Shown: positions 1 to 7,084 of the stretch, piece by piece | Layout: the number at the start of each line of letters is the position of its first letter | Numbering within the stretch: the first letter of the stretch is position 1 | From: Candidatus Micrarchaeota archaeon | GTDB taxonomy: Archaea; Micrarchaeota; Micrarchaeia; Anstonellales; Bilamarchaeaceae | Direction: 5' to 3' | DNA: 17,500 bases | NCBI GenBank assembly: GCA_043816005.1 | Contig: JBDRIM010000008.1 | Coordinates: forward strand, 1 to 17,500 | Notes under the pieces: model-generated | What the model saw: the letters and a program-made list of their open reading frames with translations, nothing else | Databases searched by the model: none | What the model was told of the DNA's origin: nothing | Translations under genes and position numbers: made by a program

Positions 1-629
1 ATAAAGAAATGAAAAAAAGATTACTGAAACAGTATATAGACGACATCATCAATAAAGATATTGTAAATAGACACAATATACGTGATGCACGGCAAGTTCT
101 CCTATTAGCAAAGTACTTAAATTCCAATGTCGGTCAGAAAATAAGTTTTAATAAGATAGCCAAAGCGTTTGGACTATCGGTTGAAACAGTAATTAGATAT
201 GTACAGTACATGATTGACTCGTACCTCATCTGTGAAGTGCCATTTCACTCTTATTCAGTCAAAGTTAAATATGACAAGACCAAACAACCAAAATATTATG
301 TTGCTGATAACGGCCTGATAAACATAATGGATATCGAATTTTCCAGGAATTTAGATAAGAAATACGAAAATACGGTTTTCCTCAAGCTTAGTGAGAAATA
401 CAGCTTAACTTATTGGCAAGATGAAAAAGAGGTTGATTTTGTATTTGAAAGTACTGGAGTTAATGTGACCGCAACAGATAAAATTGCCGCTAGAGAATTG
501 GAAGGCTTGAGAAAACTAAGGGAAGATGATAAAAATATAAAAAATCTGTTACTTGTTACTCCGAAGACTTCGAAATATGAAGAAGAGATAAATATCATTC
601 CGTTATTGGATTTTTTAATGAGTAGATAG
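1..629 (+). CDS. AAA-family ATP-binding protein, C-terminal DUF4143 part (5'-truncated by window edge)
   Basis: Frame is open from the window edge. Motifs DII..RHNIR, HTH-like SFNKIAKAFGLSVETV..Y, KYYVADNGL, ENTVF and YW...KEVDFV are typical of AAA_14/DUF4143 proteins. No Walker A/B in view. Confidence 0.8.
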   Translation, partial: KEMKKRLLKQYIDDIINKDIVNRHNIRDARQVLLLAKYLNSNVGQKISFNKIAKAFGLSVETVIRYVQYMIDSYLICEVPFHSYSVKVKYDKTKQPKYYVADNGLINIMDIEFSRNLDKKYENTVFLKLSEKYSLTYWQDEKEVDFVFESTGVNVTATDKIAARELEGLRKLREDDKNIKNLLLVTPKTSKYEEEINIIPLLDFLMSR

Positions 630-705
630 CGTGACAAAATACAAACTATTTTTTGTCATGTAATTAGATGATATGACAGGAAGAGCTGATCTGAGTTCCT
701 CAGGG

Positions 706-762
706 CATGCTATTGTCGCTTGCGACAATGGCAGTCAAGAACGTTGCGACGTTCTTGCCATG
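706..762. repeat. Double-hairpin dispersed element, copy 1
   Basis: CA-TGCTATTGTCGC-TT-GCGACAATGGCA-GT-CAAGAACGT-TGCG-ACGTTCTTG-CCATG. Same architecture and same AGTCAAGAAC...GTTCTTGCCATG core as 12233-12283. Confidence 0.75.
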
Positions 763-848
763 ATTTGAGATCTAATCTGAGAACCTAAAAGGTTAGCATC
801 CTCAGACCAGATCTAATTGCAGGGGAAGGGATTTTCGTATTTAACAAC

Positions 849-878
849 TTTTTGCCGAGCTTTTTGGTAAAAAGCGAG
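849..878 (+). repeat. tRNA-associated T5-N3-A5 hairpin element (in Leu 59/60 intron, antisense to the tRNA)
   Basis: TTTTTGCCGAGCTTTTT-GGT-AAAAAGCGAG; 21/30 identical to the leader copy, preceded by TTTAACAAC. Confidence 0.65.
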
Positions 879-934
879 TTCGAACCCTCGAAGGCACTAA
901 GCCACTGAACTTTTCATCGAGCTTTAACAAGCCC

Positions 935-965
935 GTTTTTTGGTTCTTTTTTACTAAAAAAGAAC
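935..965 (+). repeat. tRNA-associated hairpin element (in Leu 37/38 intron, antisense to the tRNA)
   Basis: GTTTTTTG-GTTCTTTTTT-ACT-AAAAAAGAAC; perfect 10-bp stem, preceded by TTTAACAA. Confidence 0.6.
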
Positions 966-1004
966 AACCTGAATCCAGCACGTTTGACCGCTTCGCTACC
1001 CCTG

Positions 1005-1037
1005 CAAACTTTTTGAAAAAAAGTTTGACAAAAACTC
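1005..1037 (-). repeat. tRNA-associated hairpin element (5' leader of tRNA-Leu)
   Basis: Minus strand GAGTTTTTGTCAAACTTTTTTTCAAAAAGTTTG, ending on G1 of the tRNA; 30/33 identical to 7180-7212. Confidence 0.8.
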
Positions 1038-1048
1038 TGGTTGTTAGA

Positions 1049-1057
1049 TTATAAAAA
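1049..1057 (-). promoter_or_regulatory. Putative TATA box for tRNA-Leu
   Basis: TTTTTATAA on the minus strand about 45 nt upstream of tRNA position 1. Confidence 0.45.
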
Positions 1058-1058
1058 A

Positions 1059-1364
1059 CTAAGCTAACGCTTCTTCTGCCAACACACATGCTCTTTCAAA
1101 ACGAGAAACACTAGTTCTTGTTCCTACTCGTACTGCTCTTGTTGCCCTTTCATGATCTAATTTATCTAATAGTTCGGATTTCTTTCCAAATAATTCATAC
1201 AAAAATGTTGATCCTTCACCATGAGTTGCAGATCTGAAACCATTCGGACCTTCAATCATAAGTTTTCCAGTTGTTGGAAAAAATTTGCATTTTAAGGTTT
1301 CTCCACCATGGTCAATAGAACCAGTTACAACGGTGATTCTATTTCTTTTCATTATTACATGCAT
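1059..1364 (-). CDS. Hypothetical protein (paralogue of 1374-1757); start may be ATG at 1352
   Basis: 101-aa ORF packed 9 nt behind the upstream ORF. Shares RxRI, GxLMxExP, RxATxxE and RxERx5E motifs with its neighbour. Confidence 0.65.
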   Translation of the reverse strand: MHVIMKRNRITVVTGSIDHGGETLKCKFFPTTGKLMIEGPNGFRSATHGEGSTFLYELFGKKSELLDKLDHERATRAVRVGTRTSVSRFERACVLAEEALA

Positions 1365-1373
1365 AAAAAAACC

Positions 1374-1757
1374 TTAAATTAAACTTTCAACCATTCCCAC
1401 AATTCTTTCTAATCTATCAAGTCTTAATCTTACACTAGGGTAAGTAGTTGCATTTGCTCTTCCCTCTGCTATCCTTGCATCCGTAAGTGTATCATCAACT
1501 TTACCAACAAATGCTCGTTTTTCAACAACAGTTGCTTCCCTTGCTTGAGTATGTGGAGGTTCAACCATAAGCACCCCATCTCCACGAGAAAAACCAAACC
1601 TAAATGGAGGCAATGTTCTATCCATCTTTATAGTTGTTGAAACACCAATTATTCTTCTTCTAATAACTGTATCACAAATTCTCTTATCTTTAGTTAAAAA
1701 AGTTAATCCATTCCCTAGCTCATTACCCATTCTACCATTGATTCTAGTTCTGTTCAT
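1374..1757 (-). CDS. Hypothetical protein (paralogue of 1059-1364)
   Basis: 127-aa ATG ORF with an upstream TTTAAAA TATA-like box; motifs shared with the downstream ORF. Confidence 0.7.
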   Translation of the reverse strand: MNRTRINGRMGNELGNGLTFLTKDKRICDTVIRRRIIGVSTTIKMDRTLPPFRFGFSRGDGVLMVEPPHTQAREATVVEKRAFVGKVDDTLTDARIAEGRANATTYPSVRLRLDRLERIVGMVESLI

Positions 1758-1810
1758 AATAATGGTAGTATATGAATACTCTTTTAAATATGCAATACCA
1801 CTCTTAAAAA

Positions 1811-2242
1811 TTAAGCATACTTTCCAACTGCTTTTCCTTCTAAAACCATTTTCTTATATTCTTCAGCTTTATCAGAATAAATTTTATCTATTCTTCTGAA
1901 ACGATTTGAATATTTTCTGTATGCTTTCAAAGCTGCAGCATAAGCATCTCGAATATGGATATCCATCGCATCTTTTGCCATAAATCTTTTAGATTCCTGA
2001 GTAAGATTTTTACTTGGAGAAAAAACTTTTATATTGAATTTTGCTGCAACGGATTTTACAAAAGAAGGTGGTTTTGCAACATCACAAGCAACAAGAAGTG
2101 GAATTCCAATTTGAGAGATAAGTCCAACAACGTTATTTGCATTTTTTTGTTTTGTTACCCCAGCACCAACTAATTTTCCATTTAGATCAAGTGCAGCATA
2201 ACCAACATTTATTCCTGGATCAATGCCAATGATTAGATACAT
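1811..2242 (-). CDS. DUF460-family protein (RNase H-like fold), short form
   Basis: N-terminus MYLIIGIDPGINVGYAALDLNG, VACDV..PP..V and H.RDAYAAA.KAY..Y match DUF460. Start moved to ATG 2242, just after the upstream stop at 2247. Confidence 0.8.
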   Translation of the reverse strand: MYLIIGIDPGINVGYAALDLNGKLVGAGVTKQKNANNVVGLISQIGIPLLVACDVAKPPSFVKSVAAKFNIKVFSPSKNLTQESKRFMAKDAMDIHIRDAYAAALKAYRKYSNRFRRIDKIYSDKAEEYKKMVLEGKAVGKYA

Positions 2243-2246
2243 AAAA

Positions 2247-3371
2247 TCAGCAGGTGCAATAACCACTAGCACCATAGCCACAGTTCACACACTTGTAACT
2301 TGAACATTTTTTACAACCAGAACATTGAGAACTTGAGGTACATTGAACACTGATACATTTACCATTCAAACATCTTTTCTTATACCCGCATCCGGCATTT
2401 GTTGTACACTCACTACCAGATGAAGGAGTTGAAGATGTGGTGCATTTACCATCAGAACAGGTTACTGGGCATGTATAGAATTCAAAATCAGAAGTACCAT
2501 CTGCTTTGCAATAGTATTCATAAAGTAGCTTTGTATTGCCACTAGAACAAAAATCTGAATCAACATTACTTCCAGAGGTAGTTGTTCCTTTAACTGCATA
2601 ATTAATTCCGCCATCAGAGTCTGTGCAAGTGAGAGAAGTTGGATCAGATGCAGAATTGCATTTTCCATTAGAACAACCATATGTACAAGGCTGGGAGAGT
2701 TCATACATATCATTACCAGAACAGAAATACTCTAGAATACTACTCCCATTACAAGTATCTGCCATTATCAATGTTCCTTTTGCAGCTATTCCCTTAACGT
2801 TAAGATCTTGTCCACCATCAGAGTCAGTACAAGCAGATGGATCAGATCCAGAATTACATTTACCATCAGAACAGCCATAGTTGCAAGTCTGTAGGATTTC
2901 GTATATTGCACTACCTTGACAAACATACTCCACAACGCTACTTTCTTCACAGATATCAGTTAGAGTAAATGTTCCATTTGTAGCTGTTCCCTTAACATTG
3001 AAATTAGATCCTCCATCAGAGTCAGTACAAGTAGACGAAGGCTGGGAGGGTGGAGTGGAGGAAACACAGTGTCCGTCAGAACAGCCATACATACAATATT
3101 GTGAAAGTTTGTATATATCATTACCAACACAGGAATATTCTAGGACATCGTCCCCACTACATACATCAGTTTGAGTTAGTGTTCCGTTTGTGGCTGTTCC
3201 TTTGACATTGTAATTAATTCCACCGTCAGAATCTGAGCAAGTAATAACTTGTTGTGGAACAGGCGGGGGGTCAGGTTGTGGAGGTACTGGATTCACTACG
3301 TTTTGCCAATCAGGTACGATACACCCAAAAAATAGAAATGTTATGAGGAAAATTATTGCGAACTTCATCAA
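2247..3371 (-). CDS. Secreted Cys-rich lipoprotein with four C-x-DSDGG repeats
   Basis: Signal peptide ending LFFGC, Pro-rich linker, four 6-Cys repeats (CxDSDGG..VKG...DxC...EYxC...CxxxCSxGxC) and a Cys-rich C-terminal tail. Confidence 0.85.
   Translation of the reverse strand: MMKFAIIFLITFLFFGCIVPDWQNVVNPVPPQPDPPPVPQQVITCSDSDGGINYNVKGTATNGTLTQTDVCSGDDVLEYSCVGNDIYKLSQYCMYGCSDGHCVSSTPPSQPSSTCTDSDGGSNFNVKGTATNGTFTLTDICEESSVVEYVCQGSAIYEILQTCNYGCSDGKCNSGSDPSACTDSDGGQDLNVKGIAAKGTLIMADTCNGSSILEYFCSGNDMYELSQPCTYGCSNGKCNSASDPTSLTCTDSDGGINYAVKGTTTSGSNVDSDFCSSGNTKLLYEYYCKADGTSDFEFYTCPVTCSDGKCTTSSTPSSGSECTTNAGCGYKKRCLNGKCISVQCTSSSQCSGCKKCSSYKCVNCGYGASGYCTC
2442..3239 (-). repeat. Four intragenic tandem repeats of about 200 bp
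   Basis: Recurrent plus-strand CCATCAGAGTC(A/T)GT(A/G)CAAG and GAACA(G/A)CCATA blocks, matching the protein repeats. Confidence 0.85.
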
Positions 3372-3404
3372 TTTATCTCTGCAAAAATATTAATAAAGGT
3401 GCCT

Positions 3405-4634
3405 TCATTCTTTTTTCTCTTTGGTCACAATAGTTTCCTGCTTTACAAAAATATGATTATTTGAATCAAGATTTTCTTTTACAACAACACCAGAACCAAT
3501 CCAGCAATTACTGCCAATTAATTTACCAGGCATAGTACAAGAAAGAATACCGAATTTAGTATTATCACCAACAAAAATACCTAACTTTTTCTTTCCGGAA
3601 TTTGTCCATCCTCTTTCAGTTATAACGTTGATGTGACCACCGTCAAACCTATAATTTGCAATCTGAGTTCCAGAGCCAAAATTAACATTTTCGCCGATTA
3701 CACTATCACCTATATATGCAAGGTGTTTCGCATTAACATTATCAAAAAGAATACTATTTTTTAGTGTGGTACCACCACCAATCGAACAGTTTTGACCGAT
3801 TGAATTAAAACCACGAAGATATGCATTTGGACCGATAATTGTATTTGCACCAACATAGGCACATCCTTCGATGTAGCTATTGATTATCTTTGCACCTTCT
3901 TCCATAATTACTCGCCCATCAATTGTTGAATTTTCAATATGGCCTGTTTTTACTTCCATTTTCGAGAGTAAAAATTCATTTGCATCCAAAAGATCCCATG
4001 GGAATGCAATGTCTTGCCAATAACCGTCAACAACAACTCCACGTGCACCAATAAACAAACTTACAAGTTCGTATTCACCACGTTCGGATTTAGCTACGGA
4101 TTTTAACTCGCTAAAAATAGTTGGTTCCATACAATAAACAGAAATGTTTGCTAAATTGCTTTTGGGGTGTTTTGGCTTTTCTTCAAAAAGACTTATTTTG
4201 TCTCCGGAAAGTTCTACAACCCCATACAAATGAGAATTTGAAACTTTCTTGAGACCAACTGTTATTCCGCCTTTGTGTGCATCTATTACTTTTTTTATTA
4301 CTGATGCTTCAGTTACAATATCACCTGCCAAAACAACAAAAGTATCACCTATTTCTTTTTGGACAGTGAGTAATGCTGCACCAGTACCCTTTTCTGGTCC
4401 CTGTTCAATAAATTTGATTTTCATTCCAAAATCAGTTTTAGATAAATATTCGATTATCTTCTCTTTTTTATAACGAACAACTATCACGACTTCGTTAATT
4501 CCGGCTTTTTTGGCTTCAGTAAGAAGATGGTAAATAAGTGGTTTGCCTGCTACATAAAGCATTGGTTTTGGTCGTGTTTCAGTAAGTGGCCTAAGCCTTG
4601 TGCCTTCGCCTGCTGCTAAGATAACTCCTTTCAT
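3405..4634 (-). CDS. glmU: Bifunctional sugar-1-phosphate nucleotidyltransferase/acetyltransferase (archaeal GlmU type)
   Basis: ILAAGEGTRLRPLT..RPKPM nucleotidyltransferase motif, EKP, SERGEYEL, W.DI..PWDLL, then hexapeptide repeats with HLAYIGDSVIG and ANYRFD. Confidence 0.88.
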   Translation of the reverse strand: MKGVILAAGEGTRLRPLTETRPKPMLYVAGKPLIYHLLTEAKKAGINEVVIVVRYKKEKIIEYLSKTDFGMKIKFIEQGPEKGTGAALLTVQKEIGDTFVVLAGDIVTEASVIKKVIDAHKGGITVGLKKVSNSHLYGVVELSGDKISLFEEKPKHPKSNLANISVYCMEPTIFSELKSVAKSERGEYELVSLFIGARGVVVDGYWQDIAFPWDLLDANEFLLSKMEVKTGHIENSTIDGRVIMEEGAKIINSYIEGCAYVGANTIIGPNAYLRGFNSIGQNCSIGGGTTLKNSILFDNVNAKHLAYIGDSVIGENVNFGSGTQIANYRFDGGHINVITERGWTNSGKKKLGIFVGDNTKFGILSCTMPGKLIGSNCWIGSGVVVKENLDSNNHIFVKQETIVTKEKKE

Positions 4635-4876
4635 CGATAAAACCCACTAATATGTCACTCGGATGGTTTTAAACACCTATTTATTGATAAACACAATAGT
4701 TTATAAACTGTAACAACCACATTAATATCATGAATTATATGCTAAAATTGGCATTTGGGCTCGGTAAACCCATGAGAATAAGAAAATTATTTTTCAATAT
4801 TTATCACTAGTTTTATTAAATTTTATAATTTAGGTGGGTGCATAAGGTTTTTAAGAAGTTTATCTTCAATCACAAT

Positions 4877-5917
4877 ATGCTCGATAAGAAAAAAGTAGAT
4901 GAAATAGTATCTGATTATAAAAATTTCAAAATTGCCACTATCTGTTCTCATTCGTCGCTCCAGATTTTCAAAGGTGCACGAGAGGAAGGAATAAAGACAA
5001 TAGGAATCGTTCAAAAAGACAAGAGAAAACTCTATGAATCATTCCCGCTTGGCAGACCAGATGAATTTGTGGAAATTGACAATTACGAAGACATACCAGT
5101 TGACTATCTTGTTGATGAACATGCAATAATAATTCCACATGGTTCTTTTGTTGAATATGTTGGTAAAAAATTCGATGACTTGAGAATTCCAATTTATGGG
5201 AATAGAACAAGCATAATATGGGAACGGAATAGAGATAAGATGTATAGTTGGTTGGCAAAAGCAGGTATAAAAACACCAAAAATATACAAACCAGACGAGA
5301 TAGATGGTCCTGCAATGGTAAAATTTCCGGGTGCAAAGGGTGGCCGGGGCTATATGATAGTTGGATCTGAAGCAGAATTTAAGAAAAAAATTGGAAACAA
5401 AGAATGTATCATACAGGAATTCATTGTTGGTGTAAGAGCATACCCACACTACTTTTTCAGTCCATTTAGCAAATTTGGATATCCAACAAAACAGGGAAGA
5501 TTAGAGTTGCTTGGAGTTGACAGACGAGTTGAAAGCAGTGCTGATGAAATTGCACGCGCAGTTTCGCTTGGGATGAATATAGATTTGGCGTTTACAGTTG
5601 TTGGGAATGAACCCATGGTACTTAGAGAATCTCTTCTTTCAGAGTATATGGAAATTGGAAGAAAAATAAGTGAAACTTCATTTGATCTTTTTGATGGGCT
5701 TTGGGGGCCATATTGTGTCGAAACAATAATAACAGAAGATCTGCAAATTTATGCATTTGAGATTAGTGCAAGAATAGTTGCCGGTACTAATGTTTTCCCT
5801 GAAGGATCGCCATATTCCGTTTATTATTATAAAGAACCCATGAGTGCTGGTCGTAGGATTGCACGTGAGTTAAAGATAGCAGCAAAGAATAAGAAGTTGA
5901 AACAGATTTTGTACTAG
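4877..5917 (+). CDS. purP: Formate--phosphoribosylaminoimidazolecarboxamide ligase (PurP family, ATP-grasp)
   Basis: IATICSHSSLQI, PHGSFVEY, GNR, GAKGGRGY and FEISARIVAGTN. ATG 4877 preferred over GTG 4838 because a TTTTTAAG box lies about 25 nt upstream of it. Confidence 0.92.
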   Translation: MLDKKKVDEIVSDYKNFKIATICSHSSLQIFKGAREEGIKTIGIVQKDKRKLYESFPLGRPDEFVEIDNYEDIPVDYLVDEHAIIIPHGSFVEYVGKKFDDLRIPIYGNRTSIIWERNRDKMYSWLAKAGIKTPKIYKPDEIDGPAMVKFPGAKGGRGYMIVGSEAEFKKKIGNKECIIQEFIVGVRAYPHYFFSPFSKFGYPTKQGRLELLGVDRRVESSADEIARAVSLGMNIDLAFTVVGNEPMVLRESLLSEYMEIGRKISETSFDLFDGLWGPYCVETIITEDLQIYAFEISARIVAGTNVFPEGSPYSVYYYKEPMSAGRRIARELKIAAKNKKLKQILY

Positions 5918-5929
5918 GTGATTTGAGCG

Positions 5930-6625
5930 ATGTCGGATTCCATTGTGCCAACTCATATAGCCATTATACCTGATGGAAATCGCAGGTGGAGTATTAAACA
6001 TGGCTTAAGCAAACATGAAGGTTACGCCAAGGGAATACAAAAAATAGGTGATGTACTCAAATGGTGTAGAGAGTTCAATGTAACTATGCTTACCATGTGG
6101 GGATTTTCAACAGATAATTTTAAGCGCGATAAAAACGAGGTAAATGATCTTTTTGGTTTGTTCAAAAAAAATCTAAAAGATGCTATAGAAAGCGATGATA
6201 GAAACAAAGAAGAATTAAGAGTACGTTTTTTTGGAAGAATCAACTTGTTTCCTCGGGAAATCCAATATATGATAAAGAAAGCTGAAGAGATAACAACCGG
6301 AGAAAAAAGGAAGTACCAGCTTAATCTGCTTTTATCATATGGTGGAAGAGAAGAGATGGTTGATGCAGTAAATGAGATTTTAGCCAGTGGAATAAAAAAA
6401 ATTGATGAACAAGTAATTAATGACCATGTGTATACTCATGGATTACCTGACCCGGATCTTGTTATAAGAACGTCAGGAGAACAACGGCTTTCTGGTCTTA
6501 TGCCATGGCAAACGTGTTATAGTGAATTTTATTTCTGTAAAAAATTATGGCCGGATTTTTCGAAGAAAGATTTCAAAACAGCAATAGATGAGTATACAAG
6601 AAGAAAAAGACGGTTTGGAAAATAA
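5930..6625 (+). CDS. uppS: Polyprenyl diphosphate synthase (cis-prenyltransferase)
   Basis: HIAIIPDGNRRW, FSTDNFKR, YGGREE and DPDLVIRTSGEQRLSG; GGTGA RBS at 5917-5921. Confidence 0.95.
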   Translation: MSDSIVPTHIAIIPDGNRRWSIKHGLSKHEGYAKGIQKIGDVLKWCREFNVTMLTMWGFSTDNFKRDKNEVNDLFGLFKKNLKDAIESDDRNKEELRVRFFGRINLFPREIQYMIKKAEEITTGEKRKYQLNLLLSYGGREEMVDAVNEILASGIKKIDEQVINDHVYTHGLPDPDLVIRTSGEQRLSGLMPWQTCYSEFYFCKKLWPDFSKKDFKTAIDEYTRRKRRFGK

Positions 6626-6865
6626 CTATTCGTTTTCAGGTTGCGGAACAGAATCAATCCTTTTTCTATATCGCCACATCATACCCTCAACTTCGTTGGC
6701 TTGATCGATAGTGTGTAGTATTTTGGCTGCCATAAAACTTATGACAATAGGTAAAAGTAGAAGGGCACGAGCATTAACATCATCAGAGACAACCATCAGC
6801 CCGACAAATAGGAACATACCTAGGCCGACTATGAAATGTAATTTCGAGATTGCCCTAAAAATCAT
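6626..6865 (-). CDS. Small hypothetical membrane protein (2 TM)
   Basis: 79 aa with two hydrophobic segments; GGAG RBS upstream; stop codon abuts the uppS stop. Confidence 0.6.
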   Translation of the reverse strand: MIFRAISKLHFIVGLGMFLFVGLMVVSDDVNARALLLLPIVISFMAAKILHTIDQANEVEGMMWRYRKRIDSVPQPENE

Positions 6866-7046
6866 GGTGGTACTCCTACCAACCCCCTTAATGCTTTCTG
6901 ACTATTCGGAAATTTTTGTGGTAAATTACCTCAATAACAGCCGAGCTGCTAAAAACTTATCGAGGTACGTAAGATTTCGCAAACCTATCAACAGCTAAAC
7001 GAAATCTTTTTTGCGTGGTTATTACGTAAAGATATGGTAAACAACA

Positions 7047-7053
7047 TTTAAAA
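7047..7053 (+). promoter_or_regulatory. Putative TATA box for tRNA-Phe
   Basis: TTTAAAA about 32-38 nt upstream of tRNA position 1. Confidence 0.45.
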
Positions 7054-7084
7054 TAGCCATCCTCCATAAAACATCTTACGATTC

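Larger units (their letters stand above)
818..1005 (-). tRNA. tRNA-Leu(CAG) with two introns (37/38: 911-967, 57 nt; 59/60: 832-878, 47 nt)
   Basis: Spliced sequence folds as a type II cloverleaf: acceptor GCAGGGG/CCCCTGC+A, anticodon stem CTGGA/TTCAG, loop TT-CAG-GG, variable arm GGC-TTAGT-GCC, T arm GAGGG-TTCGAAT-CCCTT. BHB central helices are TTCA/TGAA and TTCG/CGAA, each followed by an AA|N bulge. No encoded CCA. Confidence 0.93.

Noticed and set aside
841..1089. 82-aa minus-strand ORF
   Set aside because: Overlaps the intron-containing tRNA-Leu and its hairpins; the Phe/Lys-rich translation is an artefact of T/A runs.
1..1757. Integrated element (provirus or island) at tRNA-Leu
   Set aside because: No integrase and no duplicated tRNA 3' end (att site) within the window; cannot be excluded beyond the left edge.
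2442..3239. Regularly spaced DNA repeats as a possible CRISPR array or DGR template
   Set aside because: The repeats are in-frame, degenerate at codon third positions, about 200 bp in period and inside a CDS; no cas or reverse transcriptase gene is in view.
4730..4810. 26-codon ORF in the glmU-purP divergent gap
   Set aside because: Too short, no RBS or motif; the region is adequately explained as AT-rich divergent promoters.
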